Source: Polyangiales bacterium (lineage in GTDB: Bacteria; Myxococcota_A; Polyangia; Polyangiales; Polyangiaceae). From it: a DNA stretch of 64,000 nt. Below, one piece after another: positions 54,912 to 64,000 of this stretch (position 1 is its first letter; every line of letters starts with the position of its first letter). The notes beneath the pieces are model-generated. The model made no database searches. It was not told the origin of the DNA and saw only the letters and a list, made by a program, of their open reading frames with translations. The stretch is taken from the NCBI GenBank assembly GCA_038230375.1, contig JBBRNJ010000005.1, forward strand, positions 64,001 through 128,000, in the 5' to 3' direction. Position numbers and translations under genes: made by a program.

Positions 54912-57043
54912 TCGTCGCGGTCGAAGCGGGCTTCGGGATCCAGGAGATAGCCATCGTCGCGACGGAGCAGCACGTCCGTGAGCCCCAGCTTCCGCAGGCG
55001 TCTGACTGCGGTGTACACGCGCAGCATGCCGGCGTCGTAGAGGACCTTCTCGTCCGGCCAACCCGCAGTCAGCAGCTCGTCAGCCGTGAGCGCGCGGTCC
55101 TTGTGCTCCTCGTGCGCAAGGAGGAGCGCGAGCAAGACCCGGCGAAGCGAGCCGTGGCGGGTGAGATCGATGCGAGGGCCGCCTTCGGGCGTCAAGAAGC
55201 GCGCTTCCTTCGCCCAAAAAAAGCGGGTAGATGCCTTCGCCTCGCCAGGCGTGGGGCCATTCTCTTGTGACAGCGCGGCAAGGTGAATGCGATCGATCGC
55301 CTCGCCCATGCTGTGCCCCTGCGTCTTTCGTCGTGCGAGGGAAGCGAGCAGCTCTTCACGCTGCCTCGCCTTGTCCACTCTTGCGCTCTCCAGCGAGAGG
55401 CCGAAGAGCGCGGCGATGCTGGTCACCTTGCCCTTGCGGATCACGTCCTTTGCGTCCACGTGCAGCGCATACGCAGCGGTCAGCGCGCGCCGCCCTGCCT
55501 CGAGATCGCCAGACGCGAGCGACAGGACGCCCAGCGCCGCCAGCGCGTCCGCTGTCCCGCGCGGCTCGCGTGAGCGCTCGTAGTGCTCGCGCGCCTCCGA
55601 GAGGGCTGTGGTCGCCGCGGCTGCGTCACCGCGAGCCAGGGCGGTCCATCCGCGCGTGCGGAGCAGCTCCACGCGTGTTTCCTCCGAGATGCCCGGGATC
55701 TCGTCGGCCAGCGCCGCGTGCGCGTCCGTGGGCGAAGCAAGCTCCAGCGCAACGCGGGCGGCGAGCAGGCGCGTGCGTGCACGAAGGTTCGGCTCTCCGG
55801 ACGCATCCGCGGCGGCGATGGCCTGGGTGAAGAACGGCGTGCGCAGATCGCAGGCATCGCGGAACAAGATGACGTCCGACAGCGCCACCGCGATGCGCGC
55901 CGCACGCTCTGGTGCGGACACGCGCGAGCGCTCGAACGCCGCAAGCAGGTTGGGCAGTGCCTCCTCCAGCTCCGTGAGCGCGGCCTCGGCGCTTGCTCCG
56001 TAGGTGTGGAGGGCAGCGCGCTCCGCGAGCTCCAGATAGTGCTGCGCATGGCGCTCCATCGCCGCTTCCAGCTCCTTCGCGTCGGCGATGTCGCGCGCGT
56101 AGGCCCGTACGGTCTCGTACATGGAGACATGAGCCACGTCGCCGCGACGGTCCAGCGTGAGCCACGAGCGGCGCAGGAGCGACTGCACCACATCCAGCGC
56201 GTCGGTATCTGCGGACGGAAATGGGCCGCAGACGGCCTCGATCGCCTCGAGCGTGCAGGGACCGTCGAACGCCCCCATGCACGCAAGCGCGTGGCGCTCG
56301 TCGTCGGTGCTGCGCTCCAGCGACCACCCAAGGGCGGCGCGCAGCGTGGCGTGGCGCTCCGGCACGTCGCGCCGTTCCGTGCGCAATACACGCAATAGCT
56401 CGCTCTTGCGCGCCAGCAGCTCCTTCGGGCTGAGCAGCTGCGCGCGGAACGCGGCCATCTCGATCGCGAGCGGGATGCCTTCGAGCAGCTCCGCCACGGC
56501 GCGCGCGTCCTCGTCGCTCACCGCTGCGTCCGCACACGCGCGGAACAGCTCGACCGACGCAGCCACGGAGAGCGGGCCCACCGGTAAGATCTCCTCGCCC
56601 TTGATGCCGAGCGGCTCGCGCGAAGTCACCACGAACGCCACGTCGCCAAGGTCCGAGCGCGCTTCGTGATCTCCGCCAGGGGACCGCGACAGCAGCGATG
56701 CCACGTGCGCGATCACCGGGTCCACGTCGTCCAGGACGACAAGCTTCGCACCGCTCTTCGCGACCTGCCCCATGACGGCCTCTGCCCGGGTCTCCCGGTT
56801 GTTGCCGATCGCGCGCGACAGCCTGCGAAGCACGCCGGCGCGGTCCTTCGCGCCGTCCAGCGAGACGTGACGTGCGGGCTGCGCATCCCCTTCGGTCGCG
56901 CGTCGCGCAAGCTCACGTGCGAGCGCGCTCTTTCCGAAGCCGGCGGGCCCCGTGACCGTCACCACGCGCGCGCCCCCGCGAAGCAAGCTGAGGCCCGCCT
57001 TGACCTCCGCCTCGCGTCCGAACAGCTCCGTGTGCGCCGCCAT
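54896..57043 (-). CDS. STAND/NB-ARC-like ATPase with TPR region and C-terminal winged-helix domain
   Basis: LFGRE, GPAGFGKS, LVVLDD, TSREPL, LEGIPLAIEMAA, RHATLRAAL; C-terminal VYTAVRRLRKLG...GYLL. Confidence 0.85.
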   Translation of the reverse strand: MAAHTELFGREAEVKAGLSLLRGGARVVTVTGPAGFGKSALARELARRATEGDAQPARHVSLDGAKDRAGVLRRLSRAIGNNRETRAEAVMGQVAKSGAKLVVLDDVDPVIAHVASLLSRSPGGDHEARSDLGDVAFVVTSREPLGIKGEEILPVGPLSVAASVELFRACADAAVSDEDARAVAELLEGIPLAIEMAAFRAQLLSPKELLARKSELLRVLRTERRDVPERHATLRAALGWSLERSTDDERHALACMGAFDGPCTLEAIEAVCGPFPSADTDALDVVQSLLRRSWLTLDRRGDVAHVSMYETVRAYARDIADAKELEAAMERHAQHYLELAERAALHTYGASAEAALTELEEALPNLLAAFERSRVSAPERAARIAVALSDVILFRDACDLRTPFFTQAIAAADASGEPNLRARTRLLAARVALELASPTDAHAALADEIPGISEETRVELLRTRGWTALARGDAAAATTALSEAREHYERSREPRGTADALAALGVLSLASGDLEAGRRALTAAYALHVDAKDVIRKGKVTSIAALFGLSLESARVDKARQREELLASLARRKTQGHSMGEAIDRIHLAALSQENGPTPGEAKASTRFFWAKEARFLTPEGGPRIDLTRHGSLRRVLLALLLAHEEHKDRALTADELLTAGWPDEKVLYDAGMLRVYTAVRRLRKLGLTDVLLRRDDGYLLDPEARFDRDDHSSQ

Positions 57044-57158
57044 CCAGCCGAGCATAGGCCCTTGTCGCTCTCAAAAAAACGGCCGCCCGTGAGTCCGGGT
57101 CATTTCGTGTCAGTGGCAGTCATTTGTGGCTGTGCGGATCAGGACGTACGGAAGTCTC

Positions 57159-58388
57159 ATGGCCTCTTCTTTTCTTTCTTCGAAACGACACGACGCGCGC
57201 TGGCGCCCAGCACCGCTTGCCGCTCCACTCCACGCCGCCTGGACCGCGCTTCTCTGGGTGGGGGCCGGCGCGGTCTCTGGCCTGGTCTCCTTCGCGTTCG
57301 GTCAGTCGCAGAACCTGATGGTGTTCAGGCAAGCGGCGCGCGATCTCGTCACGGGCGAGGACCTCTACGTGAAGCACGCAGCCGACTACTTCAAGTACAG
57401 CCCGACGTTCGCGCTGCTCTTCGTGCCCCTTGCGGCGTTGCCGCCGTGGCTGTGCGCATGCGCGTGGGGCGCGCTCAACTTTGGCGTCGCGTGGGCCGGC
57501 CTCTACGGCTTCGTCGACGACCCGAGCAAGCGCGAGCGCGCCGTCCTGTTCGCGCTCTTCGGGGTGCTGCTGGCGACGGACGGCGACCAATCGAACCTAC
57601 TGGTGCTCGGCCTCTGCTTGCTTGCGGTGCGCGCGCTGTCGCGTGGGCGCGGCAACACGTTCGCGGTGCTGCTCGCGCTGGGCGCAGCCATCAAGGTGTT
57701 CCCGCTCCTGTGCGCGCTTGCGATCGTGCTGTATCCGCGGAAGGTCGCGAACGCGGTGCGGCTCCTCGTCGCGGGCGGCGTGCTCGTCGCGCTTCCCATG
57801 CTCGTCACGTCTTCGCGGCTCCTGGTACGCGACTACGCCTCGTGGCGCGCGCTCCTTGCCTGGGATCACGACAACGTGGGCTGGAGCGTGATGAGCATGC
57901 TCCAGAAGGGCGCGGGCCTCTCGGCGAGCAACACCGCGCTGCAGGCAGTCTGCTTGTGCGCGCTTGCAATACCCCTCTTGCTCGCCGTCCGGTACGGCGC
58001 AGATACCGCGTTCAAGCGCACGTTCATTGCGTCGGTGCTCGTGTTCTCCGTCCTGTGGAACCACCGCGCGGAGTACGCGACATACGTCATCTTCGCCGGT
58101 GCGGTCTCCGCGTGGTGGTCCGTGGCCAAGGTGTCTGTCGCGCGCACCACGCTCGTGGTCCTCGCGTTCGTGTGTGTGGGACCGTTCTTCACACGCGCGG
58201 ACCCCAGCGTGACAGGGCTGTTCTCCATCCTTGGCGCCCACCGCCTCTTTCATCCCTTGCGTGTGCTGCCGCCGCTCCTGTGCTGGCTCTGGATGCAGCG
58301 CGACCTCTATGCGCGCTTCATCTCGGTCACTGTCGAATGGCGCAAGGGCGTGACCCTGCAGCGGCTGGAGGAGCAACATGCTCCGTGA
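57159..58388 (+). CDS. glycosyltransferase family 87 (DUF2029) membrane protein
   Basis: DLY, FKYSPTFALLF, QSNLL, IKVFP; multi-pass TM; start may be GTG 57126. Confidence 0.85.
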   Translation: MASSFLSSKRHDARWRPAPLAAPLHAAWTALLWVGAGAVSGLVSFAFGQSQNLMVFRQAARDLVTGEDLYVKHAADYFKYSPTFALLFVPLAALPPWLCACAWGALNFGVAWAGLYGFVDDPSKRERAVLFALFGVLLATDGDQSNLLVLGLCLLAVRALSRGRGNTFAVLLALGAAIKVFPLLCALAIVLYPRKVANAVRLLVAGGVLVALPMLVTSSRLLVRDYASWRALLAWDHDNVGWSVMSMLQKGAGLSASNTALQAVCLCALAIPLLLAVRYGADTAFKRTFIASVLVFSVLWNHRAEYATYVIFAGAVSAWWSVAKVSVARTTLVVLAFVCVGPFFTRADPSVTGLFSILGAHRLFHPLRVLPPLLCWLWMQRDLYARFISVTVEWRKGVTLQRLEEQHAP

Positions 58389-61092
58389 GGGCGTGGCGCG
58401 CGTCGTCGGGCTGTCCTCGCGCCGGCCGTACACCATTCTCTTCGCCGCGCTGGTCGTCATGCTCGGGTGCGTGCTGCTCGGCCGCAAGCTCGACGTGCGC
58501 TCGGACCTGCTCGAGCTCCTGCCGCGCGAGAGCGCAGGCTTCCGCGCCTTCGAGCACCAGCTCGGGCGCGTGGGTGGAGGCGCCACGCTCATCGTCATCG
58601 CGGAGTCCGCCGACAAGAAGGAGAACGAGCGCTTCATCGACGAGCTCGCGCGCGATCTCGAGGCCCGACCAGACCCGCGCGTACGCTACGTGGAGGCCGG
58701 CACAAAGGACGTGCGCGCCTACTACGAGCGCAACAAGTGGCTCTACGCGACCATCGACGATCTTCGCGACGCCGACTCGACGCTGGACCACCAGATCGCC
58801 CTGAAGAGCGGGCTGGTGTCCGATCTGTCCGACGATCCGCCAGCGCCAGCGCCTTCCGCGTCTGGCGCCACCCCGAAGGCCGCGGGTGCGGAGCAGCCAA
58901 GGCCCGCGCTGGGAATGGACGCGTTCGACGCGCGGTGGCGCTCGAAGGCCGACGAGAAGGACAAGTTTCCCTCTGGCTACTTCGAGTCCGACGACGGGCA
59001 TCTGGTCGGCCTTCGCATGGTGTCCTCCACGAACCTGGGCGACGTACGCGGCGACTCGCTCCTCGCGGAGATCGATGCGCGCGTGGTCCGGCTCCGCGCG
59101 CACGGCTTCTCGCCCGAACTGCATGTAGGATACACGGGGGACGTCGCCAGCGCCGCGGACGAGAAGAAGGCGCTCGTCAGCGACGCAGTGTGGGCGACGG
59201 CGCTCGCGCTCTCGATCATCTTCGTGGCGATCATCGCCTACTACCGGTCCATCTTCGCGCCGTTCATCGTCGCGCTACCAGCGTTCTTCGGCGTGGCTGC
59301 TGCGTACGCGTTCGCGGAGCTCGCGTTCGGCTACATCAACACGTCGGGCGCGTTCCTGGGCGCCATCATCCTGGGCAACGGCATCAACTATCCGATCGTG
59401 CTGCTGTCCCGGTACAAGGAGTTCCGCGCGCGCGGCATGGAGCCGGAGCAGGCGCGGCAAGAGGCCGTGTGGAACGCGTTCCGCGCGGAGCTCGTGGGGG
59501 CATGCGTTGCGTCCATCGCGTACGGTTCGCTGCTGGTCACGCAGTTCCGCGGCTTCAGCCAGTTCGGCGCGATCGGCTTCTTCGGCATGCTCTTCGTGTG
59601 GGCGTCGATCATCCCGCTCGTGCCCGCGCTCCTGGTGCTCGTGGAGCGGTGGCAGTCGAAGCTGCCGCGTGCGCTCCGGGACCGAGCCGAGCACGTGCGG
59701 GAAGACGGCAGCCGCAGCGCTCTCGTGTCGGCGTTGTCGCGCGTGACGGAGCGCCATCCGTGGGTGTTTCTGGCCGTCGGGCTCTCGCTCACGGCGCTCG
59801 CGTGCGTGAAGATCCCCGGCTACCTGCGCGATCCGTGGGAGTACGACTTTGGCAAGCTCGGCTCCAAGAGCTCCGACGTGCGCGGGGCAGGGGAGTGGTC
59901 CAACAAAGCGAACGTGGTGTTCGGCGGCAAGATGAACATCGCCGGCGCGCTCATGCTCGCGGACACACCCGAGCAGGTCCCCTTGCTCAAGAAGGCCATC
60001 GAGGAGAACGACGCGCGCGATCCGCAGGGCACGATGATCGCGGAGATCACCACGATCGAGAGCTACCTTCCCGGCAACGAGCCAGAGCAAGAGGCGAAGC
60101 TCGCCGTGCTGGACAGCATCCGCGACCGCCTGTCTCCGCGCGTGCTCGCGGACTCGGACCCCGAAGAGCGCAAGACCCTGCTGGGCATGCGCCCGCCGGA
60201 GTCGCTGCACCCGCTCGGGCCCGTGGACCTGCCTCCGCTCCTCGCGCGCCGATTCACGGAGAACGACGGCCGCACCGGGACCATCCTCTACGTCAAGCCG
60301 AAGAACGACATCGTCTTCGCGGACGCGCACAACCATCTGCGTCTCTCGCGCACCACGGACAACGTGCGCCTTCCGGACGGCACCGTGGTGATGACAGCGA
60401 GCCGTTCCACCATCTTCGCGGAGATGATCCGGAGCATGCGACGGGACGGGCCGCTCGCCTCCATTGTTGCGTTGGTCCTGGTCCTCGTGGTGGTGCGCGC
60501 CGCATCGCGCGGCACGCGGCAGCTGGCCGTGGTGGCGGTCTCGCTGCTCTTGGGCGTGTCGTGGCTCCTCGGGGTGGCCGCGTGGTTCGACTTCCGTGTG
60601 AACTACGTGAACTTCATCGCGTTGCCCATCACGCTGGGTATCGGCTGCGAGTACCCGTTCAACATCGCGGACCGCACACGCATGCTCGACTGGAATGCGC
60701 CCATGGCAGTGCGGCGCTCCGCGGGCGCCGTCATGCTCTGCAGCTTCACCACGATCGCGGGCTACGGCTCGCTCGTGCTGTCGGACTTCCAGGCGCTCGC
60801 GTCGTTCGGAGAGCTGGCGGTGGTCGGCGAAATCGCGTGTATCTTCTCCGCGATCTTCGTCGTGCCGTCGCTGTTCCGCGTGCTCCCGATGCGCCGGCGC
60901 CCCACTGACGGGGCGTCCGCGCAGTCGTCCGGGCAACCACAAGCCGAATCAGACGCTACTGATCGCAGTTCTCGAAGCGGAACTGGGCCTCGCCAGCGCA
61001 GGTGCGGTTCTGATCCGAGCGATTCAGGTTCGGACAGCGGAGTGTTCCCCACACACGCCCGGGCGCAACACCCATGTTCTGGTTCTCGGTGA
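58378..61092 (+). CDS. MMPL/RND family transporter
   Basis: LLELLP, GYTG, IILGNGINYPI, ITLGIGCEYPF, TTIAGYGSL; two TM bundles with large loops. Confidence 0.88.
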   Translation: MLREGVARVVGLSSRRPYTILFAALVVMLGCVLLGRKLDVRSDLLELLPRESAGFRAFEHQLGRVGGGATLIVIAESADKKENERFIDELARDLEARPDPRVRYVEAGTKDVRAYYERNKWLYATIDDLRDADSTLDHQIALKSGLVSDLSDDPPAPAPSASGATPKAAGAEQPRPALGMDAFDARWRSKADEKDKFPSGYFESDDGHLVGLRMVSSTNLGDVRGDSLLAEIDARVVRLRAHGFSPELHVGYTGDVASAADEKKALVSDAVWATALALSIIFVAIIAYYRSIFAPFIVALPAFFGVAAAYAFAELAFGYINTSGAFLGAIILGNGINYPIVLLSRYKEFRARGMEPEQARQEAVWNAFRAELVGACVASIAYGSLLVTQFRGFSQFGAIGFFGMLFVWASIIPLVPALLVLVERWQSKLPRALRDRAEHVREDGSRSALVSALSRVTERHPWVFLAVGLSLTALACVKIPGYLRDPWEYDFGKLGSKSSDVRGAGEWSNKANVVFGGKMNIAGALMLADTPEQVPLLKKAIEENDARDPQGTMIAEITTIESYLPGNEPEQEAKLAVLDSIRDRLSPRVLADSDPEERKTLLGMRPPESLHPLGPVDLPPLLARRFTENDGRTGTILYVKPKNDIVFADAHNHLRLSRTTDNVRLPDGTVVMTASRSTIFAEMIRSMRRDGPLASIVALVLVLVVVRAASRGTRQLAVVAVSLLLGVSWLLGVAAWFDFRVNYVNFIALPITLGIGCEYPFNIADRTRMLDWNAPMAVRRSAGAVMLCSFTTIAGYGSLVLSDFQALASFGELAVVGEIACIFSAIFVVPSLFRVLPMRRRPTDGASAQSSGQPQAESDATDRSSRSGTGPRQRRCGSDPSDSGSDSGVFPTHARAQHPCSGSR

Positions 61093-61534
61093 ACGTTGCG
61101 GTGCAGTCGGTCTGGCGGAAGTGGCCATAGTCAGCGCGCTGGAAGTTGGAGATGAGGCCGGTCTGGTCGCCCGTGGTGGTCATGTGCCCCGTGATGCTGA
61201 CTGTGCCGCCAGAGAGGCCGGACAGTGTGGCGCTCACGGCAATGTCGTAGCCCGCGGCGTCGTTGCCCTTCACGCTGCACGTGATGTCGACGGGGCCGTT
61301 GCCGTTGTCCTCGCCGCTGTTCACCGGGCGGACCGGGACGAGCGGCGGATTGCCGAACGCGCCGATGTCCACCCAGTCCGTGGATGCGATGGGGCACTCA
61401 ACGGAGGTGTGGGCGCCTGGGCTGAACGTCGCCTCCAGGATGACGCGACGTCCAGGGGGCGCGGGGTCGGAGCATCCAGGCGCACAGAAGACGGCGATGC
61501 TCACGGGCACGACGAAAGCCAAGGAACGGATCAT
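60956..61534 (-). CDS. Cys-rich lipoprotein
   Basis: SD GAGGT; lipobox APGC; GRVWGTLRC...FRFENC. Confidence 0.78.
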   Translation of the reverse strand: MIRSLAFVVPVSIAVFCAPGCSDPAPPGRRVILEATFSPGAHTSVECPIASTDWVDIGAFGNPPLVPVRPVNSGEDNGNGPVDITCSVKGNDAAGYDIAVSATLSGLSGGTVSITGHMTTTGDQTGLISNFQRADYGHFRQTDCTATFTENQNMGVAPGRVWGTLRCPNLNRSDQNRTCAGEAQFRFENCDQ

Positions 61535-61548
61535 GGGCACCTCTCGGA

Positions 61549-62706
61549 TCAGGATAGCGCGGCTCTGAACCCGCGGTCGAGATCCTCGCGCAAATCCGAC
61601 ACATCCTCGATACCGACGCTCAAACGAAGCAGTCCGTCGCCGATCCCGAGGGCCGCGCGTCCCTCCGCGGTCAGGCTGGCGTGGGTCATGATGGCCGGAT
61701 GCTCTGCAAGGGATTCCACGCCGCCCAGGCTCTCTGCGCACGCGAAGACCTTGAGCGACTTGAGGAACTTCGTGGCCGCGGGCAGCCCGCCCTTCACGTC
61801 GAAGCTGATCATCCCACCAAAGCCGCGCATCTGCTTCTGCGCCACGGCGTGGCCCGGGTGGGACGCGAGGCCGGGGTAGATGACGCGCGCGACCTGGGCA
61901 TGGCCTTCCAGATACTCCGCCAAGGTACGTGCAGACTGCACGTGTTGGCGCATCCGCACGCCCAGGGTCTTCAGGCCGCGGAGGACCAGGTAGCAATCGA
62001 ACGGGCTGGGCACCGAGCCCACGGCCTTCTGCAGGAAGTGGAGCGTCTCTCCGAGCTCCTTGTTCGACGTCATGACGCAGCCGCCGACCACGTCAGAGTG
62101 TCCGTTCAGGTACTTCGTGGCGGAGTGCACGACCAGATCCGCGCCGAGCGCGAGCGGGCTCTGCAGGTACGGCGTGGCGAACGTGTTGTCGACCACGCAC
62201 AGGATGCTGCGCTTCTTCGCGAGCGCCGCGATGCGCTCGATGTCGAAGATCTTGAGCATGGGGTTCGACGGCGTCTCGAGCCAGATCATCTTCGTGTTCG
62301 GCTTGAGCGCGGCCTCGACCTTCGCCATGTCCGCCATGTCGATGAGGTCCGCCGTGACGCCGAACTGCTTCATCACCTTGTCGAAGATGCGGAACGTGCC
62401 GCCGTAGACGTCGTCGCCGGAGAGCACGTGGTCGCCGGACTTCAGCATCATGAGGATGGCGGTTGTCGCCGCGCAGCCGCTGGAGAACGCGATGGCATCC
62501 GACGCGCCTTCGAGCGCGGCAAGGCAGCCTTCGAGCGCCGTGCGCGTGGGGTTTCCGGCGCGCGAGTAGTCGTACCCCTTGTGCACGCCTGGGCCGTCCT
62601 GCGCGAACGTGGAGGACAGGACGATCGGCGTCATCACGGCGCCAGAGGCGATGTCGGGGGACTGACCAGCGTGGATGGCGAGCGTGTCGAAACGACCGTC
62701 TTGCAT
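61549..62706 (-). CDS. cystathionine gamma-synthase/gamma-lyase (PLP-dependent)
   Basis: YSRAGNPT, ETPSNP, VDNTFATP, HSATKYLNGHSD, AESLGGVESL, RLSVGIED. Confidence 0.95.
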   Translation of the reverse strand: MQDGRFDTLAIHAGQSPDIASGAVMTPIVLSSTFAQDGPGVHKGYDYSRAGNPTRTALEGCLAALEGASDAIAFSSGCAATTAILMMLKSGDHVLSGDDVYGGTFRIFDKVMKQFGVTADLIDMADMAKVEAALKPNTKMIWLETPSNPMLKIFDIERIAALAKKRSILCVVDNTFATPYLQSPLALGADLVVHSATKYLNGHSDVVGGCVMTSNKELGETLHFLQKAVGSVPSPFDCYLVLRGLKTLGVRMRQHVQSARTLAEYLEGHAQVARVIYPGLASHPGHAVAQKQMRGFGGMISFDVKGGLPAATKFLKSLKVFACAESLGGVESLAEHPAIMTHASLTAEGRAALGIGDGLLRLSVGIEDVSDLREDLDRGFRAALS

Positions 62707-62716
62707 GCGTGTTCGT

Positions 62717-63550
62717 CTAGCACACGGTCCGCAAAAGTTCCGCGACCTCGCGCGCGAACGGGCGCCGTGCGGGCACCGCGTCAAGGCACGACTCGAGCGT
62801 GCGGTAGAGCGCGGCTTCGCCCTGAGAGCGCGGCTCTGGTGCGGAGGGCGTCTCCGTCCCGGCCTCGAGCAAGAGCTCCGGCAGCGAGCGCCCCGCACGC
62901 GGGGGAAGTCCGGTAGATACGTGCAGAGTGCACATGGCCATGGCGAACACATCCGCGGCCTGCGCGTGCGTGGCGTTGTCGGCGTCGCCGCGCGCGACCT
63001 CTGGTGCGGTGTAGAGCGCCGTCCCCGAGAACTCGCCGGTCCCGTGCTCGCCGCCCACGCGAGCAAGCGCGAAGTCCACGAGCACTGCGTCGTCGGGTCG
63101 GAGCACCACGTTCTCCGGGCGGATGTCTCCATGCACGATGCCCAGCGGAGCGCCCTTTCCGTCCGCCGCGTCGTGAACGGCCGCGAGCGCTGCAAACGCC
63201 CGCTTGGCGAACGCGAGCCCGTCTCCGCGCGCGCCGTCTGGTGGCGACGCAGTGACCCCGGTGACCCAGCCGTACATCACGTAGAGGCCGAATGCGTCCT
63301 CGCCTTGCTCGACCAACTTTGGTGCGCCGCGCCCACCGAGCAGCTCGAGCACCAGCCCCTCCCTGGCCATGCGCACCTGCGCGAGCACCTCTTCACGACC
63401 GCGCGATGTGAGCCGACGCAGGCCGTAGCGAACGCCTTCGCGCTCCACGCACGCGAGCGTGTGGAATGCGCTCTTCGCAACAACCTGCACCAGGGTGCAC
63501 CCCAGTAGCTCCTCCGGCCTCACCCTTCCATCTGAGCGCACGTTGGTCAC
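62717..63550 (-). CDS. divergent Ser/Thr kinase-like protein
   Basis: HGDIRPEN, DFA, GTALYTAPE, DVFA; N-lobe motifs degenerate; start uncertain. Confidence 0.75.
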   Translation of the reverse strand: MTNVRSDGRVRPEELLGCTLVQVVAKSAFHTLACVEREGVRYGLRRLTSRGREEVLAQVRMAREGLVLELLGGRGAPKLVEQGEDAFGLYVMYGWVTGVTASPPDGARGDGLAFAKRAFAALAAVHDAADGKGAPLGIVHGDIRPENVVLRPDDAVLVDFALARVGGEHGTGEFSGTALYTAPEVARGDADNATHAQAADVFAMAMCTLHVSTGLPPRAGRSLPELLLEAGTETPSAPEPRSQGEAALYRTLESCLDAVPARRPFAREVAELLRTVC

Positions 63551-63634
63551 ATGTTCAAAGCCGTGTTCCAGTTCGTGGCATTTCTTGCCTTTCGGGTGGC
63601 CGATTCCCGAAAGCGCGGTAAGCGTTAGGGATCC

Positions 63635-64000
63635 ATGCGCCTGCGCCCCCTGACTTTGCTCGCGTGCGCGAGCACGTTGTTCGCTGCGTGCATCGTGGGC
63701 GCATGCGCGTCGGCCGACACGAAGAACGCGGGCGGCGGCGGCGGCGGCGGCGACACGAGTGACGGCGCCGCGAGTGACCCGGAGGGTGGAGCCGCCGGAA
63801 GCGACGGCGGTCCGGGTAGCGAGCCGGACGCCGGTGTGCTCCTGGTGGAAGGTGGCGCCATCGCGTTCACCAGCGCCGTTACCATCTACGTGGAGCCCAG
63901 TGACAACGGCGCAGCGCTGCTTGCGGCCATCAAGGCCGCGCAGAAGAGCGTTCACATCGAGATGTATCTCATGACGGACAACGCCGTTCAGGGAGCGCTC
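63635..64000 (+). CDS. phospholipase D / cardiolipin synthase-like lipoprotein (runs off window)
   Basis: Lipobox VGAC, Gly/Asp linker, VEPSDNGAALLAAIKAAQKSVHIEMYLMTD typical of PLD N-termini; HKD motif not within window. Confidence 0.75.
   Translation, partial: MRLRPLTLLACASTLFAACIVGACASADTKNAGGGGGGGDTSDGAASDPEGGAAGSDGGPGSEPDAGVLLVEGGAIAFTSAVTIYVEPSDNGAALLAAIKAAQKSVHIEMYLMTDNAVQGAL

Overview
GC-rich chromosomal window that looks myxobacterial, probably Polyangiaceae-like. This is inferred from Ser/Thr kinases, many DAG/DGG-linker lipoproteins, a TonB-fused TonB-dependent receptor and a large S41 protease. Housekeeping genes include pdxJ-acpS-nnr, a PduO-type adenosyltransferase, a CarD family regulator, tyrS, IHF/HU, PhoH, yajC-secD-secF, mlaF-mlaD and a cystathionine gamma-synthase/lyase. 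The strongest candidate for an undescribed system is 11362-17014. It holds a five-gene operon organised like a type III secretion translocon: a small protein, a Bsp22/EspA-like tip protein, an SycD-like TPR chaperone, and SctE-like and SctB-like translocators. No injectisome genes are in the window. A divergent peptidoglycan-binding putative effector gene lies next to it, and both units carry the same sigma28/FliA-like promoter (GCAA-N15-GYCGATGR). Other signals: an A7 frameshift splitting a CarD gene with a basic N-terminal extension, many apparently leaderless genes, a sigma54 promoter driving an ECF sigma factor, paired ~60-bp hairpin repeats around a small ORF, RRGGTY hexamer arrays, a degenerate PFOR-like protein and a kinase-Crp-like fusion. 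No rRNA, tRNA, CRISPR array or transposase was recognised. All family assignments come from reading motifs by eye; no searches were run.
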